A stretch of DNA of 64,000 nt from Tortispora ganteri (Eukaryota). Below are positions 21,579 to 34,000 of the stretch, piece after piece (within the stretch, counting starts at the first letter, position 1; every line of letters begins with the position of its first letter). Made by a program: the position numbers and the translations under genes. Where the stretch lies: assembly GCA_003707115.1 (NCBI GenBank), contig PPNB01000020.1, positions 62,001-126,000 of the forward strand. Reading direction: 5' to 3'. Below the pieces are notes generated by a model, which worked only from the letters and a program-made list of their open reading frames with translations, ran no database searches and was not told the DNA's origin.

Positions 21579-22358
21579 ATGTATTCCCAGTCATCGCCAA
21601 ACCAGCGGTCTAGAAAGAAACAGGATCAGATGGAGGTAGCACAATCATGGACAACGGATGTAGGCGTAGCTGAGCGGTCATCGTCGACTTTACGAAAGAG
21701 AACCGGCAGAAATTTGTCCAAATCTATTGAAGAGGATATAAATGCGCAGTTAGGCTCTTCATGGGTCGATGCATACACTGCAGGTATTCGGAATCAAGAC
21801 AGTGACCGAACTGAACAAAGTACCGAAGATGGCATCTCATCACCAACTATAGTATATGTACATCTGGTGAAACCTTCAGATACGCTAGCTGGTATAGTAT
21901 TACGGTATAATATACCTGCGGAGGTAGTACGCAGGGCCAATAGATTGTGGTATACGGCGAACGACATACAGATTAAGAAAGTACTCTTGCTGCCTGCTGG
22001 GGAGTGTAAGATCAGATACAACATTGACCGACGGAAGCTGGACTTTCCGGAAGCGGAAAAGGAACTAAAAGCACTACATCTAAAATACAGCATAGAAGGC
22101 GGATCTGATATACCTAACGTTGGAACTGTTGCAGTTGTGCGCGTATCGCGGAACGCACTTGCTATATTCCCGCCTGGTCATCAAGGCAAGAGCCTACTAA
22201 GTGTGTCGAATGATCTTAAGAATGGAAATTCTGAACCTCGGAAAAGTACCGACAGCCAGAGATCAATAGGTGGAGTTATAGAAGAAGCATTGCAGAAAGT
22301 TGTGAAGGTTTTCGTGAACGAGGATGAAGCTTGGAAAACTCCAGATATTGAATTGTGA
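21579..22358 (+). CDS. LysM-domain protein, no signal peptide
   Basis: HLVKPSDTLAGIVLRYNIPAEVVRRANRLW..NDIQIKKVLLLP is a single LysM motif. Confidence 0.8.
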   Translation: MYSQSSPNQRSRKKQDQMEVAQSWTTDVGVAERSSSTLRKRTGRNLSKSIEEDINAQLGSSWVDAYTAGIRNQDSDRTEQSTEDGISSPTIVYVHLVKPSDTLAGIVLRYNIPAEVVRRANRLWYTANDIQIKKVLLLPAGECKIRYNIDRRKLDFPEAEKELKALHLKYSIEGGSDIPNVGTVAVVRVSRNALAIFPPGHQGKSLLSVSNDLKNGNSEPRKSTDSQRSIGGVIEEALQKVVKVFVNEDEAWKTPDIEL

Positions 22359-22475
22359 AATGACAAATGACAGCGCATGGGTTAACTAATAAAATACTAA
22401 AATTTGTGCTAACTAAAATGGTAGACCAATTAACATGTAAATTACTATAAGTTATTGCTGTTTAACACAAACGTA

Positions 22476-23405
<930 letters not shown>

Positions 23406-23470
23406 TTAATTAGCTAAGGTTTTAGGTACCTCCCAAAGCGACACGACCAAACAAGGCTCTAGAAAAAGTC

Positions 23471-24055
23471 ATGAACTGGACTCCTTTATTTGAAGAGGAA
23501 ATTAATTCTCCGCATTTGTTGGAATTTTTACCGGTCTGGAAGAAGTTAAATAAACCTGGTCTGATCGATGCTAAAGACACAGAAGAACTGATTCTTTTCA
23601 TATCAGAAATATTACTACAACAAACAGACCCTTTCTTCCTTAAGCTTTGTTCTCGTTTCCTTACACCAATCGAGTACGATCTAATCATAAATGAGAGGAA
23701 CATTATACATACTTGCGGATACCCTCTATGTAACGTTACTAAAGATTCAATAAAGTACAGGGATCCTAAAAAAATGCAGCTTCCATACGCTTACTGGCAC
23801 CAATTTTGCTCAAAAGCTCACCAAAAGGCTTCGCATTTGTACAAGGCTCAATTAAACTCAGATCCGCTTTGGCTGCGTCCCAATATTCTATATAGCCCGT
23901 ACGGCTCCTCCGTTTACGAAACTCGCTTGATTCTTCTTGAAGAAATAGTTCAAGGATCTAAATCAGTCGAAGACATCACACTACAAATGTCTCACATGAA
24001 TATTGACCAATCTCAGCGGCCGAAAGTCGATATTAATGACATCCTCGAACGGTAA
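23471..24055 (+). CDS. RTR1: RNA polymerase II CTD phosphatase Rtr1/RPAP2
   Basis: YDLIINERNI..TCGYPLC...FCSKAHQKAS..YKAQL..PLWLR zinc-binding signature. Confidence 0.88.
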   Translation: MNWTPLFEEEINSPHLLEFLPVWKKLNKPGLIDAKDTEELILFISEILLQQTDPFFLKLCSRFLTPIEYDLIINERNIIHTCGYPLCNVTKDSIKYRDPKKMQLPYAYWHQFCSKAHQKASHLYKAQLNSDPLWLRPNILYSPYGSSVYETRLILLEEIVQGSKSVEDITLQMSHMNIDQSQRPKVDINDILER

Positions 24056-24149
24056 CGCCCTGCGAAACCCTGACCTACACTTTACCATTACAAGTGACAC
24101 ATCCCATTTTTGTCTTCCACCTTCACCAAAGTCTTAACTCTCTTATTAA

Positions 24150-25256
24150 ATGTCTAAATGGAAAATAGACCCTAAACTTATATCAGACATAATAATCTGT
24201 GTAGGTGTGGGATCATCTATATATTACAGTCTTAGCTACCTACTTTCTCAAATACCGAGCGGTGGCGAGGTGTCTGCCGAGACTAAACGCAAGGCTAGTT
24301 CGGTTCTCGGAAAGATTCAGGCTTCTCGTCCAGACCTCGATCTAGTACTAGACGAATACGAACGCCAAATACTCGCTCAAATAACCACTGCAGATGAAAT
24401 ATCGGTTGGGTTTAACGATATCGGCGGCCTCGACAGCATTATTTCTGATATTCAGGAATCTATCTTGCTCCCTTTAGCTCGCCCTGATATATTTGCCGGC
24501 TTCTCAAGTCTGTTACAAGCACCTCGAGGTGTGTTACTATACGGACCGCCAGGATGCGGCAAAACCATGCTTGCTAAGGCACTAGCAAAAGAATCAGGCG
24601 CAACATTTTTTAATATAAAGGTTTCGGCTATTCTCGATAAATGGTATGGCCAATCAAACAAACTTGTTGCAGCAATATTTTCATTGGCTCGAAAACTAGA
24701 ACCTTCAATTATATTCATCGATGAGATTGATTCTTTTCTTCGCGAAAGACAGTCCACAGATCATGAAGTAACCGCTCTTCTTAAATCAGAGTTCATGACT
24801 CTATGGGATGGTCTAGACTCTTCCGGCCGAATTCTTGTCCTCGGTGCTACTAATCGACCAAACGATATCGACTCCGCATTTCTGCGAAGAATGCCTAAAA
24901 GATTCCCTGTTTCACTACCTAATGCATCGCAGCGTCGCCATATCTTACAACTCACGCTTAACGACACAGACATTGCTGCCGATTTCGACATGGACACCTT
25001 GGTTAAGCAGACAGAAAACTTTTCTCCAAGCGAAATGAAGGAAGCGTGCCGTGATGCCGTGATAAACGCAATGAGGCAATCTCTTCGCTCTTCTTCCTAT
25101 AAATCCCTTACTACGCCCGTTGATTCAGAAGTTTCTTCATCTGCTGAATCGATATCCATTCGGCCGCTGCGGAACTCGGACTTCTTTGCTAATGGCTCAG
25201 CGTCCTCTAAACCACCTGCTGCATATATGAGTCAAATGCAGCCGGATGTGGAATAA
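24150..25256 (+). CDS. MSP1: Membrane-anchored AAA+ dislocase Msp1/ATAD1
   Basis: N-terminal TM, F.DIGGL, GPPGCGKTMLAKA, KWYG.SNK, IFIDEIDSFLRER, LWDGL, GATNRP.DID.AFLRRMPKRF. Confidence 0.96.
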   Translation: MSKWKIDPKLISDIIICVGVGSSIYYSLSYLLSQIPSGGEVSAETKRKASSVLGKIQASRPDLDLVLDEYERQILAQITTADEISVGFNDIGGLDSIISDIQESILLPLARPDIFAGFSSLLQAPRGVLLYGPPGCGKTMLAKALAKESGATFFNIKVSAILDKWYGQSNKLVAAIFSLARKLEPSIIFIDEIDSFLRERQSTDHEVTALLKSEFMTLWDGLDSSGRILVLGATNRPNDIDSAFLRRMPKRFPVSLPNASQRRHILQLTLNDTDIAADFDMDTLVKQTENFSPSEMKEACRDAVINAMRQSLRSSSYKSLTTPVDSEVSSSAESISIRPLRNSDFFANGSASSKPPAAYMSQMQPDVE

Positions 25257-25602
25257 ACTAACTAAATTAATATATTTAGCTAGCTTCTACATTGTATAAT
25301 ACTACTGGCATTTGACTAGGGACCTTCGTGCGGCTCACGTGGCAGTGCGGCAACCGCTTCCATCGCCCCTCCCCTACCCCCTTTTATTAAGCCCAAGTCC
25401 CGGGAAGTAAACTCCCCCAATAGATATATATTGCTGGCCGATTGAAGATACCACCTTTGCCTCAAGTAGCTAAGTTTTACAAGTATTAGTGCTTTAAACT
25501 CTGCGATTGGTCGCTTTATCCTGTGTATTTTTTTTTTCTTTTGTATATCAAGTGGGTTTTGCATTTTCTTTTTTGCTTTTCTTTGTGTATTAGACAATAC
25601 TA

Positions 25603-28600
25603 ATGGCTTTGTTCAGAGTCCGAGCCCTATTTCCCTACGAATCAGAGCACGAGGAAGACTTGCCTTTTGAAAAAGGCGCAATTATAGAAGTTACAGCTAT
25701 CGAAGATGAAGAATGGTATCAAGGATCTATAGGTGATAAGTCTGGCCTATTTCCACGCAATTTTGTGGAGAAAATAGATGACGGACCCGCTATCCCATCT
25801 CGCCCCCGCCCGAAGGCTCCAACTCCTGCATCGCCCCCTTCTATAACTTCCAATGAGTCTGTTTCTTATAAAGCTGATCCTAATGTTGTTTCGGCAAGCT
25901 CGCCTTCAAACGCGCCACTAGATGCAAATTTTGAGGCTGCCCCTGAACCGGCGTTCGAGCCTGTTCTTGAAACTAAATTAGCCTCCTTTAAGGATAGACT
26001 TGCAACGTTCAGTCAGATACAAGATAAGCCTCCACAACCTAACATTAAACCCAAAACTGAATCCTTTGCGAAGAAGACTTTTGTGGCCTCTCCAACGGCG
26101 TCTAATACTCTATCTCGCAAGAATACTGGACAATCTATTCCGGATATGCCCACGGCATCTATAACCCCCGATGCTCATGAATCTCATGCAAAAGAAGAAC
26201 CTGTGGTCACTGGGAGTCTAAAAGATAGAATTGCTCTTTTGCAGCAACAGCAACTTGAACAACAATCTCGGGCAATGAGACTCAAGAAGAGAGATTCTGT
26301 TACTGATGTCACCTCACCAATTGGCGAAGTTTCTGAAGACCTTGCAGCTCTCAAATTGGAGAAGAAGACTACAGGTGGCTCAATTGCCAGTATGAAAGCT
26401 ATTAATACTGGCGAATCCATTCCAGAGGCTACTTCTCGCAGAGTTTCTATCACAAACACAGGTGGTTCATTTAAAACCGCTGTTTCTGCCGGTTCACCCA
26501 CCACATTAACCGAACGTCCTACAGTACTGGGAAATGAACCAAGTATATTAGAAAATGAAGGCAGCACATCATCTTCTAAGGTAGCTGTATCTTTACTTCC
26601 TAAACTGCCGGAAATACCGCAAGAGAATGGAGAAATACCCTCTAGCAGTGTAAATGAAACAGCTGATGAGGTAAGTGAAGAGGAGGAGCTTTCTAAAGAG
26701 TCTAAAGAGAACGAACCCGATACATCTGATAATGAGGAAGACATTGATCCGGAAATTGCTCGGCGAATGGCTATTCGTGATAGGATGGCTAAAATGTCAG
26801 GAGGGATGGGTATGTTTCCTATGGCAGGCATGCCGCTAACTGGAATAGTACCTCCTTCTACGAAACCGCTAAATTCTAAAAACACTACAGACCCTTTATC
26901 TCCAAAGAGTCATACTTTGCAAGAGCAGGCCCCAGTAGGTGCGCAAGTAGCTGTTCCAATACTCCCTAATGCTGTTTTGCCGGATGTTTTGAAAAAGCAG
27001 CAAAGTGGAGCTTCAATTGTTAGTAACTCCAATGCAGAGGAGGATACAGAAGAGCAAGAAGACACCGAAGATGTAGCATACTCTGAAGAGGACGTGGACG
27101 AAACTACCCCTGTTGTATCCTCCAGTGTTATGCGATTATCACCTAGCCCTCCTCCAGGTTTTTCTCCCGCCAAAGTCCCTGAAGAAGTTACTGATAAGTC
27201 TGCTGAAGCATCAAAGCACCAAAGAAACTTATCAGACACGTCAGTCAATGAATCTTTGCTCCCTCCTCTACCTCCGCTCCCTCCGCTCCCTCCGCTAAAT
27301 ACTCTTCCTCCTTCTGCATCCCATGGTAGTCCTCCTCCGGTTATTCCAGCTTCGGATAACACGTATATTCCTCCTTACACTTCTGGGTCGGATGCGGGCG
27401 ACGAAAGAGAGGTAGTTGATTATGATACTGCTTCTAATAAGTTAGCCACGCCTGCGATACCTCGGATACCCACTGTTCCTGCTGTTCCTTCTGACCCTCC
27501 TCCAATACCTCAAGGTGCGGCTGTTCCTGCTGTTCCTACTGGCCCTCCTCCAATACCTCAAGGTGCCCCTCCCATTCCGGAATATCACCCTCTTCCTCCG
27601 TCAGGCCCTCCACCTGTTCCAGAAGCTCAGTTTGATAGAAATGCAACTTACGACTCGGATGGTGAAGCGACTGGGTATGATGCTGATGAGGATACCGACA
27701 TGAACATTGACCAAACATATGCAAGCCATTCTCCTCGGGATAGGTTTCCAGCGGCACCTCGGCTTTCTCCCCGAGCCGTTACAACTCATTCCAACCTGCC
27801 TCCTGCAATTCCTGATGCACCTGCACCGCCAAGTATTCCTGCTGCAATCACTGGTGGAGGAGCTCCTGGGAGATCAACTACTCAGGTCAGCTTTACTTCG
27901 GCGAATCAACGCGGCGGCTCTCAACCCCGCTCTTACGAAGTTTCAAGGACGTCACTTGAAGGATCAAGACCTTCTACAGAATACCCTATGGGGCTCAATT
28001 ACGCAGGCTGTGAAATTCTTGCTTCTCATGAGATAGATATGTGTGTTAAGTCATTTTGGTGGGCCCAAGCTAAAGGTGTTCCAGCTACTGTTTCCTCCAA
28101 TCCAGATATTCTTTACGAATGTGAAGATCAGATTACAGGTAAGCGCGGTGGTCCGAAATTTGTTACACGAGACGTTTACATTTTGCATCCTGATTATAGC
28201 CAAACTACTATTACTGCTGTTTTTGAAGCGGATGATCCTGCAAAAGTAAAGTTTGAGCAATCTTTCACTGTACCACCCCCTCTTCCCTCTAAGGATCAAT
28301 TGAGGCAATATTCTAGCAAGATAGGGACTGCAGCGATGCGACTTATACAGCAGCTAGTTGGACAAAAGGTTGGTGACGGGTCCGATCAAGCTTTAATTAG
28401 ACATGTACAGGCCAGCATACCTGGTACTCTATTCTCCATAGGATTAAAAACTCATGGTGTTTGCGTTTATATGAATATTGGAAACTCTTCAGTACGACAA
28501 TTGGATGAAATCAGAGCGGGTGATGTTATTCTGTTCCGCACGGCTAAGTTTCAAGGGCACAAGGGAAGTCTTCATCAGAAGTATTCCATGGAACTTGGGA

Positions 28601-28779
28601 ATCCGGTTCACACTGGATTTGTAGCAGAATGGGATGGATCAAAGAGAAAGGTGAAGGTTGTGGAGCAGTCGCGAGAAAAAGGAAAAGTGCGTGCTGAGTC
28701 GTATAAGATTCCGGATATGAAAAGTGGTGAAATTGAAGTGTATCGCATGGTGGATCGCAGTTACGTGGGATGGCAGTAA
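25603..28779 (+). CDS. BBC1: SH3-domain, proline-rich actin-patch protein Bbc1/Mti1
   Basis: N-terminal SH3 (ALFPY...DLPFEKG...EEWYQG...GLFPRNFV), SFKDRLA/SLKDRIALL motifs, RR.AIRDRMAKMSGGMGM, polyproline region and conserved C-terminal domain (IRAGDV...HTGFVAEWDG.KRKVKVVEQ). Confidence 0.9.
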   Translation: MALFRVRALFPYESEHEEDLPFEKGAIIEVTAIEDEEWYQGSIGDKSGLFPRNFVEKIDDGPAIPSRPRPKAPTPASPPSITSNESVSYKADPNVVSASSPSNAPLDANFEAAPEPAFEPVLETKLASFKDRLATFSQIQDKPPQPNIKPKTESFAKKTFVASPTASNTLSRKNTGQSIPDMPTASITPDAHESHAKEEPVVTGSLKDRIALLQQQQLEQQSRAMRLKKRDSVTDVTSPIGEVSEDLAALKLEKKTTGGSIASMKAINTGESIPEATSRRVSITNTGGSFKTAVSAGSPTTLTERPTVLGNEPSILENEGSTSSSKVAVSLLPKLPEIPQENGEIPSSSVNETADEVSEEEELSKESKENEPDTSDNEEDIDPEIARRMAIRDRMAKMSGGMGMFPMAGMPLTGIVPPSTKPLNSKNTTDPLSPKSHTLQEQAPVGAQVAVPILPNAVLPDVLKKQQSGASIVSNSNAEEDTEEQEDTEDVAYSEEDVDETTPVVSSSVMRLSPSPPPGFSPAKVPEEVTDKSAEASKHQRNLSDTSVNESLLPPLPPLPPLPPLNTLPPSASHGSPPPVIPASDNTYIPPYTSGSDAGDEREVVDYDTASNKLATPAIPRIPTVPAVPSDPPPIPQGAAVPAVPTGPPPIPQGAPPIPEYHPLPPSGPPPVPEAQFDRNATYDSDGEATGYDADEDTDMNIDQTYASHSPRDRFPAAPRLSPRAVTTHSNLPPAIPDAPAPPSIPAAITGGGAPGRSTTQVSFTSANQRGGSQPRSYEVSRTSLEGSRPSTEYPMGLNYAGCEILASHEIDMCVKSFWWAQAKGVPATVSSNPDILYECEDQITGKRGGPKFVTRDVYILHPDYSQTTITAVFEADDPAKVKFEQSFTVPPPLPSKDQLRQYSSKIGTAAMRLIQQLVGQKVGDGSDQALIRHVQASIPGTLFSIGLKTHGVCVYMNIGNSSVRQLDEIRAGDVILFRTAKFQGHKGSLHQKYSMELGNPVHTGFVAEWDGSKRKVKVVEQSREKGKVRAESYKIPDMKSGEIEVYRMVDRSYVGWQ
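27473..27566 (+). repeat. 48-bp tandem duplication within BBC1 (VPAVPxxPPPIPQGA, two copies)
   Basis: CTGTTCCTGCTGTTCCT...CCCTCCTCCAATACCTCAAGGTGC starts at 27473 and 27521. A 9-bp LPP repeat also lies at about 27259-27297. Confidence 0.85.
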
Positions 28780-28874
28780 ATGTTTTTATGGAATTCTATA
28801 CATTTGAGTATTATCTACCGGATTTGTAAAAAGAATTTAAGATGATGGCGTAAAGGGGTAGATATGCAGCAGTA

Positions 28875-30026
28875 TTAGGATTCATTTGGTGCAGGGTTGG
28901 ATCTGTTACGAATCAAAGCGCTAACAATATTTTGTACGGTCCCAGCATGATGTCCTGAACCAAATTTGCGAGATTGTTCAGGAGACGGATGCATTCCTAT
29001 ACCTAAATATCGCAATTTTCTGTATTGTTCCGAGAATTCTTCATTATATGGGCCATACCAGCTTGATAACGGCAGTGCCAGGTTAGGGGAACCTATTGAA
29101 AGATCTGGGCGGCCATCATCTTTTAGGCCAAGATGTTTGACGGTAACATAAAAGAGGACTTCTCTAGTTTGAGTGATTTTGCTAGCGACAGACTCAATAG
29201 GGAAAGGTTTTCCTTCAGTAGTAGCTTTATTAGCGATGGCAAGCAAAGCTGTTTTATCGTTTGATACAATTTCATCAATTTTAGATCTGTGAATAGAAAC
29301 TGGCATAGCCGAGACGAAGCCATTGGTGAGCACTGAAGCTACATTTCCGTTTCCAGAACTTGAGATACGGGCGGGAATGAAATTCTGAGACGCTATACCA
29401 TTAGGCGTATTTCGAACTGCACCAGGAAGAGTGTATGATAAGCCAGCTGAGGCAGATTCCCTGATGCGAGACTGATGAGAGATTATGGTATCGAGGAATC
29501 TTAGAGCAGCACCAACGCGGCCCACTTCACTGACAGCCTTAGCTCCATCAGGCGACTCAAGCCATTTTTCAAACTTATGAGCTTCTTCGTGGTTGAGTTT
29601 ATATAGCAGTTTTTTCTTTTGTCGAGGAGACATTTGGCGGACTGATTCTGCGACTGACAAGCCGCTAGGAGCAGGCTTTCGCGTTTGAATTAGGGGATTA
29701 GGAGTATTGTCATGGTGAGCATAATACCCGCTATGTTCTATAGATTTAAACGGTATACCAGCAACCGCTAGGCGTTGTGCGTTCAAAAAAGTACCGTCTC
29801 TTCCACGGTAATCAACAAATCTTTCGGGTTCTTCGAGTTGCCGAGCTGATATAGCCTTATACTTGTTGGCTTTAAGCGGCATAGTCCTTTTCAAGCCCCA
29901 GTCACACTGCGCTTTAGACTCAGGAGTAGCTGCAAGGATTTGCTGCACGGGATGAACATTGCTTCGCTGAAGTGTCTCCGGTAGAGCCACTATGCGTGAT
30001 TTGCGAAACAAGCGTTCAAAGCTCAT
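28875..30026 (-). CDS. MRP51: Mitochondrial ribosomal protein bS1m
   Basis: F.RLFRKSR..ALP...P.QQIL..TP.S....DWGLKR.MP N-terminus and the SAGLSY motif. Confidence 0.82.
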   Translation of the reverse strand: MSFERLFRKSRIVALPETLQRSNVHPVQQILAATPESKAQCDWGLKRTMPLKANKYKAISARQLEEPERFVDYRGRDGTFLNAQRLAVAGIPFKSIEHSGYYAHHDNTPNPLIQTRKPAPSGLSVAESVRQMSPRQKKKLLYKLNHEEAHKFEKWLESPDGAKAVSEVGRVGAALRFLDTIISHQSRIRESASAGLSYTLPGAVRNTPNGIASQNFIPARISSSGNGNVASVLTNGFVSAMPVSIHRSKIDEIVSNDKTALLAIANKATTEGKPFPIESVASKITQTREVLFYVTVKHLGLKDDGRPDLSIGSPNLALPLSSWYGPYNEEFSEQYRKLRYLGIGMHPSPEQSRKFGSGHHAGTVQNIVSALIRNRSNPAPNES

Positions 30027-30187
30027 TAGCGTGCGGGTAGGTAGGTTAGTAAGAGAACAATCGGTATGGGTGGGGTGGGTTGCTTTATTGGGTGGAAATT
30101 TTAGAGGTTTACTGGTAGGGTTAGGGTATCAATCTAGTCTTGATGAAGTGTTAAGCTGTATAGTGCAGGCGTTCACTTGTATTGTCG

Positions 30188-30205
30188 ATATATATATATA
30201 TATAT
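30188..30205 (+). repeat. (AT)9 microsatellite directly abutting a start codon
   Basis: ATATATATATATATATAT, whose last AT begins the ATG at 30204. Confidence 0.8.
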
Positions 30206-30977
30206 GTATTTACTGCGAGCGGATGAAGAATTGGACCTCGGAGCTGGCGGTGGATCGGATAGTGCTACAGAGAGGCATGCTGTTGGTACAGAACCTTTGG
30301 CAGTGCAGGGTGCGGTTGAGATAGCCGGGTCGCCATTTCTCGCTGGATCGCTGAATTTAATCCGACCGGAGTTGATAAGAACAGCTCACGGTACAGCTGC
30401 TCGCTCTAGTTCGCGTGAAATATTTACTGTTAGAACGTCGCGTAGCTTCCAAAGAAGACGAGAAAGGTACCGAGAGTTGCAAGACTTCTGTGCATTGCTC
30501 GCGCACGTGGAAGAAGATCGCACATTAGACGAACTGCGCGTTGACTATTCCCCGTTAGTTCCTGTAAATGATGACGGGCTAAAAGAAATATATACCGCTA
30601 CTAATGATGAAGAGAAACCGCTGCAAAGTGGGACTGTTAGTCGGCAGTTTGCCGCGCAACTCAAACATAGACGCGTGAACCCGTACCTGTTGCGCACTAT
30701 TGAAACCGAAATTCGCGAAGCCTTATTTAGCAGTGTCGAATCCAGCATTTCAAAAGGTACTATCAGTACACATAGTACTTGTTTAATAGATATTCCGGGA
30801 GACACACCTGAATTCTGTTCACACGGGCGATGGATAGCGCATCAACTGGCACAATACTATGGTCTGAGATCGCGCACCGTTAAACTTGATTCTGTGACTC
30901 AAGTTTATATAGATTTATCGACTAAATCTTTATCTGAGTTGCTCACATTTCCTTCTATCGAGTCTTTAACATCGTGA
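30204..30977 (+). CDS. R3H-domain protein (R3H-associated N-terminal type)
   Basis: C-terminal SHGRWIAHQLAQYYGLRSRTV fits R3H (R-x3-H); upstream SRSFQRRRERY and LKHRRVNPYLLRTIETEIR. First ATG is at 30204. Confidence 0.7.
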   Translation: MYLLRADEELDLGAGGGSDSATERHAVGTEPLAVQGAVEIAGSPFLAGSLNLIRPELIRTAHGTAARSSSREIFTVRTSRSFQRRRERYRELQDFCALLAHVEEDRTLDELRVDYSPLVPVNDDGLKEIYTATNDEEKPLQSGTVSRQFAAQLKHRRVNPYLLRTIETEIREALFSSVESSISKGTISTHSTCLIDIPGDTPEFCSHGRWIAHQLAQYYGLRSRTVKLDSVTQVYIDLSTKSLSELLTFPSIESLTS

Positions 30978-31070
30978 ACTTGATGTTGTTTTGACCAAAC
31001 ATTTGTATTCTGACTTTCTTACCTTTCCCCCTCCGCTTTATTCCCTCTGCATGACAACTATGAAAGCAAT

Positions 31071-34000
31071 ATGGTGTCAAAGAAGCGTAAAATGCATGTA
31101 GAAATCCCAAATCTACCAGAGATAGCCTCATTAAGACTACTCTACAAACGAATCAACACCACACTTACATTCATATCTGCTAGACGCCCTATCCTTCCTA
31201 CTATTGCACGGCTGAACGCGCTACTCGCCTCCTCACAATCAGCATTCACTATAAATGATGCTGCACTTCTAAAAGCTTTGATGCCTGAGAATATCTTTTT
31301 TGATTATGTTGATCCAAATAAACTGATAATAGGTGATGCAAAGTACATGAATGATTCGCAGCCAGCAGATATTTATGCTGATACCTCGGCCGCCAACCCA
31401 TCTCGTTTTGAACTGATCTTCACCTTCACGGAAGTTAAAGTGCATTTATTTGATGAAACTAGCGAATATGATTGCACACAGGGTTCTGCGCGTAAACGAT
31501 GTCTGGGTTCAAGGCACTCTACTGCTGGTCTGGCTGGTACTATCAAGCGGCGCGACAAACGCTTCGAGTCCGCTCTGCAAGCGTGGTTTGACTCTGGAAA
31601 ATCCTGGACAGATCTTGTTACTGAATCTTGCTTAGTCATTCCAGAATCTCCTATTGTTTCTCCTGCAAGCCCAGATAACTATAGCTTGGAAACTGTTAAA
31701 CATGTATCCATAAAGGCGATTGTCGACGACTGGCTTTCTAATGCTGCTTATTCTGAAGAAATCGTCCGCGAAGGCGTTCGTTTATTCGAGGCTAAACTGC
31801 CGAGATATATGCGTACAAAGTCAGTATTAGACCCTACTATTCTTGCTGCGCTCAAACACGGATTTGGTATCACTCGCTGCTATTCACATCAGGCCAAGGC
31901 TATTGACGCGGTAATAGATGGCAAAGATGTCATAATAACCACTAAAACAGCATCTGGAAAATCTCTAATATACCAAGTGCCTATATTGTCTCACTTGATT
32001 AAAAAACGTACCGCAAAAGCGTTGCTGATATTCCCCACAAAAGCTTTGGCAAACAATCAAAAGCGAAAATTACGAGAACTGATTTCTTTCTGTCCACCGT
32101 TAGTCTCAACACAAGTTGAATGCTATGACGGAGACACTAGCGTTAAAGAGAGACAGCGTATCCGTGAAGAATGCTCAATAATTCTCACTAACCCTGACAT
32201 GATCCATGCGTCCGTTCTTCCAAACCACGAAACATGGGGTTATTTCTTACAGAATCTCAAATTCATAATTATTGATGAAATACACATGTACCGCGGCATT
32301 TTCGGTGCTAATGTCGCATTAGTTTTGCGACGACTGCTTCGAATATGTGCACATTATGGAAATAATAATGTTCAATTTGTCTCTTGTTCGGCCACGATGA
32401 GCAACCCCGGCTCGTTATTCTGTCAACTAACTACAAGAACAGGAGTGGTAGAAATAACTGATGATGGATCGCCCTCGGGTGCTAAACATTTTATCTGTTG
32501 GAACTCACCGCACAAGGATCCTCGTGATCATATGACCGGTCGTGTCCAGGGAGAAAAAATAGCTGCTAAACTGCTTGCCGAACTTGTTGTAAAAGGTGCC
32601 CGAGTTATATTGTTTGCAAGAACTAGGGTATTATGCGAGCAGGCTCTAAAGTATGCAAAAGATACACTGAAAGAATTGCATTACAAAGACCTTGCAGATC
32701 GTGTTGTCGGTTATCGCGGAGGTTATGAACGAGGTAGCCGACGCAAAATAGAAAGTGATATGTTTTCTGGAAATATTTATGGGATTGTTGCCACTAACGC
32801 TTTGGAGATTGGCGTTGATATTGGTTCTTTGGATGCAGTTATAATCTGTGGATTTCCGCTTTCTCTTTCAGCATTTTGGCAACAGGCTGGCAGGGCTGGA
32901 AGAAAATCTCAAAACTCTCTATGTGTCTACGTTGGAGCCCAGAATCCAGTAGATCAACATTATATGAGCAAACCAAGTTTACTATTTGAGCAAGATTATC
33001 CTCGAGCTACAATTGATATATGCAATCCTATGGTTTTGGAACCCCATCTCCATTGTGGTGCCTATGAGCTGCCAATAGTGCTAAATGAAGATTATAGATT
33101 TTTTTCTGATGAAGAACATGGAAGAAACTTCAGATCAATTGTTAAGGAAAAGCTACTTTTAAATGGAAAAACTGGAAAATATCATCCTTCGCCTCAATAT
33201 CTTCCACATCCACCATCCATGGTCGCTTTACGAGGAGTTCAGGAAGATAAATTTGTCCTCCTAGATGTTTCGAACGAGAAACCAAGAATTCTTGAAGAAA
33301 TTGAGGAATCAAGGCTAACATTTACGATATACGATGGAGCCATAATATTTCATCAGGGAAACCCTTATATAGTTAAGGATTTTAGGCCGGAAGACAAACT
33401 CGCGAGCGTCAAAAGGGTATATGTTGACTGGGTGACTAATCAAAGAGATTATACAGATGTTGATCCAGTTGAAACCAAGAATATTATGCCTCTAAAATTG
33501 GCTGGCAATTTTGCAACACATCCAGTGACGGCTAAATATGGCAAAATCCGCATTGAGTCGGTAGTATTTGGATACTTTAAGGTGAATTCTGCTGGACAGA
33601 TTCTAGAGGCTGTATCAGTAACTAATCCACCTTATGTGCGATATTCTGCTGGGTTCTGGATTGATATCCCTGGATCTGCTCTTCAGGTGCTGACTGATAA
33701 AAAACTCCATTGTGCAGGTGCGGTGCATACTGCTGAACACACTATCCTATCTATGATACCTATTTTGACAATCGGAAACTCGGAGGCCGGTGCGGGCTCT
33801 GATGTACAAACTGAATGCAAAGCCCCAGAGAAGGAGTTCTCCAAAACAGATACCAAACGAAAACGTCCAGCAAGGCTTATTTTTTATGATTCCCAGGGAA
33901 TGAATGGTAATGGCACTGGCGTTACCTCACGCGCGTTTGGTTATATTACTGAATTAGTCAACTATTCTTTTGAAAGATTAGAATCATGCAAATGCCGTTT

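Noticed and set aside
30116..30127. TTAGGG repeats as a telomere or interstitial telomeric array
   Set aside because: Only two units inside a promoter; treated as a candidate factor-binding site instead.
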